This document shows, piece by piece, positions 14,501-29,001 of a DNA stretch of 64,000 nucleotides. The stretch is from positions 15,872,001 to 15,936,000 of the forward strand of contig CM022668.1 in assembly GCA_012295275.1 (NCBI GenBank), written 5' to 3'. Position 1 is the first letter of the stretch, and each line of letters starts with the position of its first letter. The translations under genes were made by a program, and so were the position numbers. The DNA comes from Chrysomallon squamiferum. Its lineage: Eukaryota > Animalia > Mollusca. Below the pieces are notes generated by a model that was not told where the DNA came from, made no database searches, and saw only the letters and a list, made by a program, of their open reading frames with translations.

Positions 14501-15340
14501 ATGTCTCAACACCATCACCGACAACATCGAAATTGAGAGATGTTTTTTTTTTTCCCAGGCAAAATGACGATGTTTCCATCACGATGTCACTGTCACAGAA
14601 AAAGGCAAATTTCGAATGTAAACATCGTTCAGAAAGAGAGTTAATACAATTCTCCAAGACAGTCAGTTGACCCTACGTCCTTCAATTTCCCTCTACCACA
14701 AGAATCCATTCCACGTGTCAATATACACACCAGTTAATAAACCAAGTTTAGCTGTTTACCGAACACAGGCAGTCAAATTAACTATTCATTATTGTTTTCA
14801 TATAATAAAAGCACGATAATTAAACGAACGGTTTGCTAGAAAATGCGACAGAGGTTTGGGTACGTTGTCAGGGAACGATGTAGAAATATTTTAACTATTG
14901 ATGTTTCATAATTAGACCTTCACTGCCGCGAAAGTTTGTCCAGATTCGAAGATAATGTTGAGGAAAGACGAAGAAGTTGTTTTTTTTTCTCGATGTTTGT
15001 GTTTTTGTGATTAGTTCAGTACGAAAGCAAAACGAAGCTTTGAGATGGTGTTATCAAACTCGAAGAAATGTTTGTGTAAATATTTATATTTCATAATTAG
15101 TTTGTTATTGCTCAGAAGTAGGCTATCTGCCTAAGACAATAATAAACTTGATGAAAAAAACCTGAAGTAGTGTAAAACAGAATTTAAGAAATGTTTTTAG
15201 TTAATATTTGTTTAAATGTTAGATTATATGTTTCTTCATTAGATCATCATTGATACGAAAGTGGGATGGATGCAAGTGTGAAGGTTTTGGAAAGAAGAAA
15301 TATTTTACTGTCATAATCAGTCTGTTGAAAATTGTATAAC

Positions 15341-15402
15341 TGAGAGAGACAGAGACAGAGACAGAGAGACAGACAGAGACAGACATAGAAAGACAGAGAG
15401 AC

Positions 15403-15495
<93 letters not shown>

Positions 15496-15512
15496 GAGAG
15501 TGAGAGAGAGAC
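15341..15512. repeat. (GA)n microsatellite
   Basis: Directly visible. Confidence 0.95.
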
Positions 15513-16427
15513 ACAAAAAAAACCTGAAAAGACATGTTAATATTGATGTTTCAAAACTAAGCCACTGTTGTCAAGAAAAAAAAAAAAAAAACCATTAAAG
15601 AACGTTTTAATATTACATTTTTAAAAATATTTTTCTGTTAAAGTATTCCTTGAACAAACATGAAAGTTTTTCAAATAATTCAACTTTAATTTTAAAAAAA
15701 ATAAAATAAAAAAATTAAGAAATTTTAAGAAATATTTTTAATAAACAGCCCATCAACGCTGTGAAATTGGAAAAAAACCGTCACTACAAAGCTATCAAAA
15801 CCCCCCATGTTTTAGTGATAATTGATTATTCAGAAGACCACAACAAGCTTAACAGATGCGAGTCCAGACTGCAACAACAGAGAAACTCAAACACTGACGA
15901 GCAGAGTGTCATAATTAAATGATTAGTGAGCAATTTCTGATCAATACAAATAAAAAATAAAAATACATAACAACGTCTCTAGGAAAAAATGTGAGCAGAT
16001 GATTCGAGACAACTCAACATGAGTTTTTATTCATCCACAGACACTCAATCAATACAGGTTTATTATTCACTTAATGTTAATTACTCGTTTAGAAAATAGT
16101 ATTCTTTATTATCTTAGTGAATTTAGTTATTTTAGTATAGGAAAACAGTATCATTTTTGGCTAATGAAATTCGTTTATTCCATTAGTACAGAGACCTATA
16201 TTTTGAATCTGTTCTGAATTAAAATGAGAAAAATAGCATGTTATTTTAGTTAACAGTGTTAAAATTATTTATATAATGTAGAAAATAATTTATATTAGGA
16301 AAAAAGAAATTGAAAAAATAAAATAATAATAATAAATAAACACAAAATAAATAAATAAATAAATACTATGTTGAATTCATTTTTGATCTACACTTAATGA
16401 TTACAGAAATAATGTGATAGATTTAAA

Positions 16428-16505
16428 TTACTGGTTTATCAATGGTTCTGACCTATGTTTTCCCAGTCCATGGGAAGGTGTATATTAAATAACCCTTACT
16501 GCTTA
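16428..16505 (+). mobile_element. SINE central-domain fragment
   Basis: actggtttatcaatgg...tgggaaggtgtatattaaataacccttactgct. The start overlaps in sequence with the 3' part of the 35620 element. Confidence 0.45.
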
Positions 16506-17477
16506 CCAAAATAAGAATAACTCCTTACACAGAAGTAGCTGGTTCTGTTTCTTGCTGCCCAGTACGGTTCTTAACTGTAATGCAGGACACCTTATGACCT
16601 GAGTCATAAACAAAAATGTCTGCTTCCCACAGAACAAGGAGTGAAACCCCACCCCCAGACTTTGAAAAAGAAATTTCAAAAATATTGAAAGATAGGACAG
16701 AAAGTAAAACAAAAAAAAAAAAAAAAAAAAATTAATATTCTGATGTAGAGAAGTAACGTAATCTATTAGAACACAAATTATTTAAATCCCTCTGCAAAAT
16801 AATCATGGTGTGAGACCATGGCTACAAGATATTTTTAAATTTATTAAACTCTGATGGCTAGACAGGATCCTTTTTTGAAGGAGGAGGTGGAGGAAAAAAA
16901 AAAAGAAAGAAAGAAAAGAAAGAAAGAAACTACATTTATTTCTCTATATTGCCGTGGCAACGCAGTTGACAACTTTTGAAAGGATTCCATGGTGAGTGAG
17001 CCTGAAGGTTTGAAAGGAGATCAATTTTTCTCAAATTATTTCTATTTGCCCAGTATTGGCAGATTTCTGTTTTTTATCTCCGTATGTGATGTTTAGTCTG
17101 AAAGTTACCAGTTTGCAGAATTACCAGTGATAACAGTTTCTGTAAACAAATTTTTTTTTTTTTTTATCAGCTTGTGGACATACTTTATTACAGTATATTT
17201 TGGAAATAAGTTCACAGCAGTTTTCTTAATGTTAATATTTTATTATTAATTTACTGTGGTGATCCTAAAAGCAACCACCTGTGACAGACAACCCCCCCTG
17301 GCTTTGTCAGACAGTGTGACCATGACAGGTGTGCTTCGCTACATTTTGTTCTGATTAGCATGTTCACTTCATCACTTACAACTTCAGTTTTGCCGTTTTT
17401 GAACATTTTTCTGCAGAAAGTCATTTTCAGACAGTTGCAGTTGTTATGAGTTTTATTTATTTTATGTTTCTGATACC

Positions 17478-17587
17478 TCAAGTGGTTGGAGCAGGAAAAA
17501 GGGTAAAGGGGTCTGTCAGTAGGAATTGATCTAACAACCCACCACACTGTGAAAGGACAGTCTGCCAGTGATGTAGATCCTGTACCA
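17478..17587 (-). mobile_element. Decayed SINE head
   Basis: The reverse complement has the same layout as 35620-35765 (tagatcaattcc...tttttcctgctccaaccac). Confidence 0.45.
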
Positions 17588-18982
17588 GACATAGAAAGTT
17601 TCAATGAAGTGTTGTTGTTTTTTAAATACTTTTAAACATTTTGTTGTGTTCTAGTTGCAGTAGATACTTCATTAACTGCTAGCGACAAGTTTTCTTTCAG
17701 TTTTTGAAATGTTGCTTAAATGGGACACAGTTTTAGCAGATTATGAAATGTGGGTTTTTTTTCAACTAATTAAACTTTTACCTTTGTTTTTTTTGGGGGG
17801 GTTACTGCTGAAGATAACATTCAAATTATTGACCATAGTCTTTGTTTACTGTAGAAGTTAGTTTACAGAAGATTTTTTTAAAAGATATTTTTACTTTCAC
17901 CACTACACTTCATATTCCCCTGCATTCCATCTAAACCTTCTAAACCTCTCCTGTTTTCCCTTGTGTGACACTTCTACCTGACCCCTCCCTACTCCCTCCC
18001 TAAACCCCACCCCTCACATCTACAGACACTCCACTGCCACACCCTCACATTACTAGGGGTTAAGGAGTCCAGCCCCCTTCTCCTTCCCCTGCTGTTCTGA
18101 GCAGACTGTGAATGTTACTCAGAAAGAAGAGGTGGAAATCTTTTCACTAAATGCTATTTTAATGGTTTTTCTTTTGTCTTAAACATCAAGTAACTGACAA
18201 TAATTAAAAATAATTTTAGAAAAAAGAATTAATAAAAAGTAATAATAATAACTAAAAATTTTTTTAAAAATCCATGTGGTCTTTCATTGCAAACCATGCA
18301 TAATAGTAATGGGAATTCAGAAAAAAAAAAAATTAAAAAATTAAAAAAAATAAAAAAATAATTAAGGTTTGTAGTAATGGACATTTCTCATATTTAATTT
18401 ACGATTATGGAAATGAAATCGACCTCAAACTTTGCAGAATATTTCTAAAAAAACGACATGAATCTTTTTAACCACAAAAGTTCGCAGCAATCATCAAAAT
18501 GGAATCGTTACAAAAAGGAAAATTTCCTAAAATATGTTTCAAATTCTGCTCTCTGCGAATCTTGAAAACGCCAGCAAATAAAAGTGAAAAGTTTTTGGAT
18601 AAAAATGGAGCCTGAATTAACTTGTGGATTTATTACGCAACCAGCTTATCATTTCAATTAGCTTTCGCAGGAATACTGGAGAGAAAGCCAGGGTGGTTCT
18701 GTTTTTACTAATCTGAGTGAAATTACTTCATGGCTTTCCTGTGTGGTTGTTAGAAAGATTTACTTTGTGATGTCGCTTGTTCGTTAGGCGATAGTTTTAA
18801 TTGCAAGCAATGATAATGAATGAAAGAGAAAAAAAAAAAAAAATATGTTGATGTGTTGATTTATTTATATTTGTTAATAGTATATGTTTTTAAAGTGAAG
18901 GTGGTTGCTTTTGAAAATTAAAAGATAAAGAAATGTGTATGTGTGAAGGTTTGTGATTCTGTTCAGGTGTTTGTGTATCTGT

Positions 18983-19031
<49 letters not shown>

Positions 19032-20280
19032 TGTGTTTCTGGGTGTGTGTGTGTGTGTGTGTTTATTTTATAAGAAAAAGGAATTTCAAACTGATAATAA
19101 AATATTAAAAGTTAAAAGTTAACATAGCTTTTTCAAATCAAAATATTTTAAAAAAAATAAACTCTTATCTACGAGTATGTTAATGCATCCATATTTATAT
19201 TTGAATTTTGAAGTTTTCATAGCTTTTTCACACATCAGTTATTTCTAATTAATTCTTGCTGATATTGATGATAACAATTATAGCATTTTCCAGGAAACCA
19301 GGAGACTGTTTTATCTGCGAATGAACTCTCCCAGTACACAGAAATAAGTAAACCTTCTCGTTAACTCCCAATAAAAGCAGAGGGGGGTGTCTAGCAGAAA
19401 ACGGGGGGGGAAGATGTCAGAGCTCTGACTGGATGTTGTTGTGTACAAACTCATTAAATCATAATAAACTGTAGATGGTTAATAAATAAATAAATGAATA
19501 AATTAATAAATAACTGAAGGGGGAGTTACTGCCCTTGTTGGCCGTGTTTTGAAATACATTTGTTATCTCTTTAAGACAGTGTTGTTGGAAAAAGGAAGTT
19601 CTGTCTTCAGTGGACGTCATTCTGCATCAGATGATGATGATTATCTTCTGATAAAGTGTCAGGGGTGTGGGTGTGGTGTGGAAGAGGGGGGGGAGAAAAA
19701 AAAAGAAAAGGGAATCTGTATTTCCTCTTGTGGTAGATACTTTATTAGGGGGAGGGTTGGGCACGTCACAAAAGGGGAAGTAACTCAGTACCTTCCTGGC
19801 AATTATCTGGAATCAAAATTTAAGGTAGGGTGGTGGTGGTGGTGGTGGGGGGGTCTTGAAGAAAGGTGAATTGCCGTTTTACCAGCACTTAATTGGGTGG
19901 GGGAGTGGTGACGAAGGGGGGAGGTTTTGTGTCCTGTTGTCAAGGTTCACGGAGTGTATGGGCCACGCCCTGTGTGTGCGTGATGTACGATTCCATGAGC
20001 ACTTCCTAAATAACTAGACACTACTTGAGTTGTGCTGCTACACTTGTAGTGACACACTTGACTCCACTACGTCCTCACTTAGCTGCGGCCAGCGCGTACC
20101 AGGGTCACTAAGTGCGTCACTTTATCTTTTACTTGTTGCTGTTGTTGTTGTTGTTGCTGTTGTTGTTGTTGTGTCGTTATTATTATTGTTATTATTATTA
20201 TTACTGTTGTTGCTTTTATTATTATTATTATTTTTATTATTGTTGTTGTTGTTTTTTTTTTTTTTGATTGTTGTAGCTGC

Positions 20281-20314
<34 letters not shown>

Positions 20315-20445
20315 AGAAGTCATAACGATAGTAGTAGTAGTAGTAACTGTTGTGATCATAACTGTTGAATAGTACAGTAGTACATAGACGAAATATATAC
20401 GTGTATAAACATATCCCTAAGTCGTGTATACAGATATATACATTT

Positions 20446-20454
20446 AGAGAGAGA

Positions 20455-20550
<96 letters not shown>

Positions 20551-20590
20551 GAGAGAGAACTAGAGAGAGACAGAGATAGAGAGAGAGAGA
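20446..20590. repeat. (GA)n microsatellite
   Basis: Directly visible. Confidence 0.95.
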
Positions 20591-21313
20591 ATCTTTTATT
20601 TTTATTTAAAAATCAGGAACACGAAAATACAATACAATAATTTCAATTACCACAACATCCCCCCCCCCTCCCCACCCCAACCACCACCACCACCACCACC
20701 AACAACCCCCACCACCAGCACCAGCACTAATAGACCCACAGACAAGACCTTTGTCCCCCTCCAGTCTGTCTGTCTGTCTCTTTTCCCCATGTTCACCTTA
20801 CCAGCCAAGGACAGCCATGTGTGTTTTTCCCCCCAGAGAGGTCTTCGGGTCATTGTCCCTGTCTCTACATGAAAGACAGACATCAGAATTCTGACCCCCA
20901 CAGCCAATTACTATGGAGGAGCCTGGCAGTCAGGGTGTGTGACCTGCAAGATAAACACAGGCTGGGGCACCTGGAGTTATCAGGTAACTGTTAGAGAGAG
21001 GAGAGCAGATGCTGGTAATGTGATTTACGAGTTTGTGTCCGCCGTCCTGATTGAATTATTCGTCAGACCGTCCGTCCCTCCTGCACTTAGTGTGTTGTGT
21101 ATCACTGAGTGTTTAATAAAGTCTGCATGCTGCTAATTTGAGTCTTCATGTTGTTGTTTTTTTTTTGAAATTGTTTAAGTAAATTGTTAGGTAGAAAATA
21201 AAATACGTTTGTGTCTTTTTGTGATTAATTTGGTTCGTTAAGATTATATATATATAAAAATTTCCAGACATTTTGACATACTGACAACTTTAGTGGTTGA
21301 CATTTTCACTGTA

Positions 21314-21316
<3 letters not shown>

Positions 21317-21400
<84 letters not shown>
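21317..21400. repeat. (CT)n microsatellite
   Basis: Directly visible. Confidence 0.95.
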
Positions 21401-21405
<5 letters not shown>

Positions 21406-22238
21406 ACATATATATATATATATATGTTTCTCTCTCTCTCAGTCTCTCTCTATCAATCTATCTATCAGTCTATTTTCTTTAACCTTCCCTTTTTATTCTC
21501 TCGTTTCTTTTTAATATTTTATTAACTTCTGTAGGGTTGTTGTTTGTTTTTTTTGACACAGAAAATTTTAAGAACTCTTTGAACACACTGTTGAGTAGAA
21601 AAAGCATTTTGTGATTGATTTGGTTTGCTTTTAACCCTCACCAAAGTCTATTGATTTCTTCCAGGGTTTGACAAAGAAGGAAAAATAAGTTTTCAAAATC
21701 ACTTTAGTGAAAACCCTGAAGATTTTTGTTCACTGACAAGCAAGTAAGATATAAGTAATTGCCCAACGAAAATTGAAAGCACTTATATTTTGTAAACACA
21801 TTCTTTTTTCCTTTTTTTTTTTTTTTTTTTAATATAAAATATTAAACTGATTTTAGTGTCATCCAGTTTATCAATAAACATTGCTTTATGTCATGAAGTA
21901 CATTTATTCTTTTTTTACAATTCTTTTTTTTTTTATGGTGTGTTTTGTTTTGTTTTGTTATTGTTACAATTATTTTCCTTTTTAGACTATTCCAGTATGA
22001 AGCATTATAAGCATCTGTGCATCCATGTTTCTGTGTGTAGCTCTGTCTAGTTTGGAGTTTATGAGATGACAGAAATTTTATGTTTAACTTTTATTTTAGT
22101 CTTTCATTTTTATTTTTTTCATGTTAATCCATCATCATCCACCTAACCTTTTATTAACTGATCCAACCATTAATCTTCCTTTCATCCATCCATCTATCTG
22201 TCATTCCTTTATCTGTCTTCCAGCCATACTTCTGTCCA

Positions 22239-22400
22239 TCCATCCATCCTTTTTCATTCATCCATCACTCCATCCATCCTTTTTCATTCATCCATCACTC
22301 CATCCATCCTTTTTCATTCATCCATCATTCCATCCATCCTTTTTCATTCATCCTTCACTCCACCCATCCTTTTTTATTCATCCGTTATTCCATCCTTTTT
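22239..22400. repeat. 30-bp minisatellite (about 5 copies) in a (CATC)n background
   Basis: Unit catccatcctttttcattcatccatcactc. It gives the spurious HPSFFIHPSL ORF. Confidence 0.9.
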
Positions 22401-23666
22401 ACATCAGTCCATCCATCCAGCCATCTAGACTTCCGTTTGTACATCATCTATTTATTCATCCATTTATCCATCCTTCTGTCCATCCATCCACCTATCTGTC
22501 TTGTCTGTCTAGTATGCAGTGTTTGATTTTATTGATGTGTTAAGAAAAAAACTGTGTATGGCTCCAGGGCTCTGTCTTTTGTCCATCATTCCGTCACATT
22601 GATTTGACATGAAGAGTTTGATAAGCAAGACAAATCTATATTTATTTTTATTTTTTATTATTTTATTTTTTTTTGTTTTTCGTTAAACTAAAAAAAAATA
22701 ATAAAAAATAAATAAATGAAAAAAAATCCTCTTCACGGTGAATTCAGTAAAATAAAATTGAAAAATTTGTAAGACTCAGATGAAGTTTTTAAAAGAGATT
22801 TTTCAAAATATTATTAAAAAAAAAAAAAAAATTAATTTTGGTCTGCTTATGTTTTGTTTGTTTTGGTTAAGGATTTTTGAATGATAACGTTTTTTAGTTT
22901 TTTTTTGTTTTTTGTTTTTTTTGAAAAGCTACAGGTAGTGCAAAAAGATTAAATATATTTAATATAAATTTTTAATTTCATCTTAATTATTTTTTTATAA
23001 TATGAAGAATAAAGTACTGTAATAGAAAAAAAAGAAAAGAAAGAAAAAAAAAGAGAAAAACGAACAAAAGAAAATTGCTTTCCATGAAATTCAGTAAAAA
23101 AGTTTAACAGCAATTTTTAATCATCGTTAATGAAATAGAGTTTGAGAGTAAAATGAAATAAAAATTATTAAAATAAAATTATTTTTTGATTAAGTTGAAT
23201 AGCTTTTAAAATAATGAATATTTGTCTGTCATTAAAAAATGAAATAAAGATAATGCATCTTCTGCAGTGTAAAATACTTTTAAATAAAATAATGTATTTT
23301 CTAACGATGTTAAATAAAAATCATATATTTAGCAAACAGCATAAAATAAGTTAAATAATAATGAAGAAATTTCTAATGACATTTAAAATCAATTTAAATA
23401 AAAAAAAAAAATTTATTAAATAATTTAAAATAAAATTCCTGCTTATAATCGTCTATTAAAATAAGACATAAAATCATAATTAACATACAGTTTGTTTATA
23501 GTTAAATAATTAAAGATATTATTAACATATCTTTACAGTGAACACAGTTTACAATAGGGCAATAAAGTTATGGTTTTTCATAAAATAGACACAGAGGACA
23601 GATTGGATTGGGAAATATGTCTAAGAACAATACAGGGTAGGACTGACCTTGAAACTGAACTTTCTC

Positions 23667-23675
23667 TGTGTGTGT

Positions 23676-23736
<61 letters not shown>

Positions 23737-23783
23737 TCACTGTCTTTTTCTCTCTTTCTTTTTCTCTCTCTCTCTCTCTCTCT

Positions 23784-23868
<85 letters not shown>
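23667..23868. repeat. (TG)n/(CT)n microsatellite
   Basis: Directly visible. Confidence 0.95.
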
Positions 23869-23871
<3 letters not shown>

Positions 23872-24007
23872 ATCTAGCTACCTAGCTACACAAAATAATA
23901 AAACTGTAACTGATCAAGAATTTTAAATTTACTAAACAAATACTTTTATTACTAATCAGCAATGTATTTTTCTTCCAAACAGCGAGACAGTACTACCAAA
24001 GACTTAC

Positions 24008-24034
24008 GAAAATAGCCCCCCCTAGGTCAAACCC
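24008..24034 (-). other. Candidate 27-nt microexon
   Basis: Acceptor tttatttattctgcAG|G and donor C|GTAAGT. It reads GFDLGGAIF in phase 0. No other support. Confidence 0.25.
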
Positions 24035-25284
24035 CTGCAGAATAAATAAATAAATAAATAACTGTTCTGTTCAATGATTTGTTGAATTCATACTCTGAAG
24101 AGGATTGATCCTGCAACTCCCCCTCCCACTACAACTTAAGTCTTTTCTGCACAACCCACCCCCACCCCCATCCCACTGGTCTACACCCCCCCATTTCCCC
24201 CACCCACCAAAATTAAAGATTTTATTTTATAGCTCACTCTGTTTAGAGCAAACATTTCTGATCTATCATCTGGTTCACTTTATGTTTTTTTTTTTTTTAT
24301 TTTTTTTTTTTTTTTTTGTGTTTTTATTGACCTAAATATGAAATTTCTAGTTTTACCTTCTGATAAGATAAAACAATTTCATTTTTTTTTTTTTTTTTTT
24401 TTTTGGTTATTTCTCAGATTTCAGAATCTGTAGAGATTTTCAGTGTCCTGTCAGGAAGTAAAGTGGGTGAGAAAGTTTTTAACTCAGTCCCCCCCCCAAA
24501 TATAAAATCAGTGTGGGGGTTAGAGGTTGGGGATTGGGGGGGGATTTTTCTGGATCTGTTTCCTTGTATGTGTTTGCAAAGCCAGATGAAGGATACTTTA
24601 CTTACTTTTTTTTTTTTTCGCGATTTATCTGTTAAAAGTTATAAAATTTATTTTTTTGCATGTTAACTGTCACCCCTATCTTTTCAGAAATAATGTAAGT
24701 CTCACCATTTTTTTTTTTCACCCACCCCCACAAAAAATTATCTTCAGACTGCGGGGGGGGGGAATGATTTTTTTTTTTTTTTTTTTTAAATGTCTGCCAG
24801 ACAGGAAAGAACCAAAATTTACATTTTGAGATTTTATTAAAAGAGGAGGACCTTGAGTCCCAGTTATCTGCACTGAAAGACAAATAACAGAATATACTGG
24901 TTTCCATGTTCACCTTTGACCCCAGAGATTAAACCAATGATTAGGCAGTTTTATGATTTTTGTCTAAAATTATCCACTAAAAAAAAAAATGGTGGCAGGT
25001 TTTACAGGTTTAAGGACCTCCTAGTAGTAAGCAGGTTAGTGTTTGTTTTGACTGATATTACAACCTGTATGAAGTTGATGTGTTTATTCCTGGCTGATAT
25101 TTGTTGTCTGGGAATCAGAGTGAAGTATGTGTGTGTGTATGTGTGTGTTTGTGTGGGTGTATCTGTCTTTGTGTTTCTGTGTTTGCATGTTTCTTTGACT
25201 ATATGTGTGTGTCTGTGTGTATGTGCATTATATGAGTGTGTTTCTATGTCTCTGTATTAGCATATGGGGAGGTAAAGAGTCAGA

Positions 25285-25720
<436 letters not shown>

Positions 25721-28494
25721 ACTTTACTTTTATTCACTGAATTATTCAGACTCTTCTCTACAGAAACTATGCTGAGAATGGCAACACACCTGCAAGCAAT
25801 CTAATCTGCAAATCATTTTTCCCGTTCAAACAAATCAGAGTTAATTCAACATCTCTATATCCTTAAATTGAAGTAATTGGCAACCAAATTAAGGGGAGAT
25901 AAGCTTATCGGAACTCTTTGGTATGGAGACTTCATTTTAGCAAGCAAGATAAAGACTGACATCTGTAACTTTATCTAGTAGTTTCCTTTTGCTGACTGCA
26001 GGACTGATCCAGAACATCATCGCTTATTAATTCTACTTCTCGGTGCTTGGCAACCATGTGGCACCAGAGAAAAGAACTGAATGTGTCAGAGTTTATTTGT
26101 CAGTTGACCATTTCTGAATTTGAGGGAACGTTTTTGTGTTAAAGCAAAAGATATGTTCTGTGAAAGTTAAAAAATGTTAAATGTCAGTATTGTTTTATGA
26201 TTGTGCTATTTTAGTGTTAAATTTCGAAAATAATCATGTCAAAAATAAAAAAAAAATATTTTTTGTATTATTATTATTATTATTATTGTTATTATTATTA
26301 TTGTTATTGTTATTTCTGTTATTGTTATATTCTTTTTTTATTTTGACTCAGATGTTTAGGGCTAACAATAACAATATTAATACGTATTCAGTTTATGAAA
26401 TATCCTAAATTAGTTTCAGAATCAGTACATATAATGCATATAATCTTATGGTGTGTAAATTTGAAAATAAGTATTTCGATAATGTTGTTTTTGACGGCTA
26501 ACAAGTCTGTTTAGACTTATAAGCTTATAATTTCTAAGTATTTTCCAATACTACTGTGACCTGTAAACTAATTAAAGAAGTCCAAATAATTTTTGATATT
26601 TATAGTTCTGTGATATTAATAGTTACAACTATATGTCAAGTATTACATATATGCTTTTAAATAATTTACATTCTAATGTCACCTGTACATTAATTATAGT
26701 AATCCAAGTAATATTTAATATTTTCAGTTCTATGAAGTTTCATTAGCCAGTGACAGAATTTCAGCTAATGTTTAGATTTTTACAGTTCTGTAGATAAATA
26801 TAAATCAGTAATATAAGTCTATATAATTTTTAAAATATGCGAATTCTGTGGCCAAGTATAAGCAAATTACATATATCTGGATAATATTTAATGTTTGCAG
26901 TTGTTTGGACATTCAAAAGTTAAAGATGAAAATCCAAACAGTTGTTACTGTCACTAGATTATTAACAAAGGTGCCAATGTAAGTGAAATTTTTTTATTTT
27001 TTTTTCTGAAAAACAAAATGGCCAACAGAGCCAGTCTAACCACAGAACTTGACTTGAGGCATATTTTAGTGAATTAGAAGAAATTGATGTACTTACATCT
27101 ACAAGTAATGTCCAGAGGTTAAAAAACACCCAAGCAGATTTTGAAGTAAACAGTAACTGGTCAAGTTTGGACAGAGCTGAAAAAAACACAATAAAAATTA
27201 AAAATATGTTTGTCTCCAAATTTAGCCTGTTAGGAACCAGAATATAATTATATTTATATAATTAGGAGTAATGGTTCTATTTGTTACATATCACCAATCT
27301 TTCCTAGTCATAAAGTATGACAGTATTTATTGTTGTTATTGTTACTACAGCTAGAATGACTGATTATTCAGCTGTGGTTGTTGATGATGCTTCTGCTGCT
27401 GGTGTTTATGTTACAATGATAATGAAGATTATTCTTCTTGTTGTTGTTGTTGTTGTTGTTATATTTATTGTTGTTGTTGTTTGTTTTTTTGTTACTGTTA
27501 TTATATTATTATATTAGTGTTGTTATTATTATTATTATATTAGTGTTATTATTATTATTATTCAGTAAACACAAACACACACCCACAAACACCCACATAT
27601 GTAAAAAAAAAAATCTCTTCCACAAAAACAAATTCCTCCTCCTTTTCTTTTTTTTTTTATTTTTTTACTCCAATGAATGACCTGGAAAAACAAGAAACCT
27701 CCTATAATCATCACAGAAAGGGCAGAGAACTGTGAGAAGGCGTTTGTTCATTCACTCACCACATGGCCCCATCATGCTTCCCACTATCAGACCTGATTTC
27801 CCGTTCTGACCGATATGGGCTGGGGATGCTGATAACACTCTGCCTTGGGGTCAGATGAGTGAAAATCCTGCATTAAAAGCCAGCTGACCTCTGATACACC
27901 GAGAGTCTTTCTCAGTGCAGTTGGAGGAAGCCCCTCCTCAATTTAACACTGGTGACCTCCCCTAGAATAGCTGCCATGCTCGGAGTTACCTCCCCAAGGT
28001 GGATTCTGATTTGTTAAATTAGATACTGCCGTTCCAGATAAATCTGGTTTAATATGGGCATCCTAAACCCCATCTCTTTCTGACCTGCTGGGGTTTTTTT
28101 TGTTTGTTTTTTTGTTATGTTAGCCATATCCTCCTGAAATTTCTATTTTTTTTTGATATGTCTAAAAATAGGTACCACAGTATTAAATAGTATTTTAAAA
28201 ACTATTCGGAATGATGAAACACAGACATACATTCCTGAATATCACTCTGAATTGTCAGTATGAAGTAAAAATGAAGAAAAAATTGAATTGAAGAACAGTG
28301 ATGAAAATTATTTCAAAAATGAACAAGTGAAAAAAAGAAAAGAAAAAGGAAAGAAAATAAACAGATTGAAATAATTATGAGTAGTAGATAAGATAAAAAT
28401 CTCGCTTTTTAAAAAAAACAAATGAAGAAAATAAAGAAAAACGATAACTGAGTATAGTGTGTGTATTGCTGGGTATATGTACACAAATACCCTC

Positions 28495-28581
<87 letters not shown>

Positions 28582-28959
28582 AGACCAAAAAAAGAAGAAA
28601 AAAAATCTTTAAAAAAAATAACTAAAAAAAAAATGTCTGCACACTACAAAAGCAATAATTTACTTTTTTAATTCCTTTACATAATTTGGTTTACATTCAA
28701 CTGCTTGTGTTTTTCTCCTAACTCTCTTCTCCTTTCAAACATTTCAGCAGAGTTTATCGCCTGGTCTGGCCTGCCTGTGCTAGGATATGTCAAAAAGCCG
28801 TTGTTTACAAGGCCGGAGTTTATGGCTGAGATAAACAGAATCACGGCTGTAGATTCCTTGCTGGGTTTTTAATTGTGTTCTGTTTGGCTCTGGCTGTAAA
28901 CACAGTGACAGACATTTTGTTAGCTGTTCATGTTACTGCTACAGGCCTGAAGTGATGGG

Positions 28960-29001
<42 letters not shown>

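Noticed and set aside
14455-14670. Overlapping 71- and 65-aa ORFs and an acceptor-like ttttcccAG near 14558
   Set aside because: No domain similarity, no convincing donor, and part of it lies in a decayed satellite.
22121-22543. 140-aa ORF with HPSFFIHPSL repeats
   Set aside because: It derives from a 30-bp minisatellite in (CATC)n sequence, with no splice or domain support.
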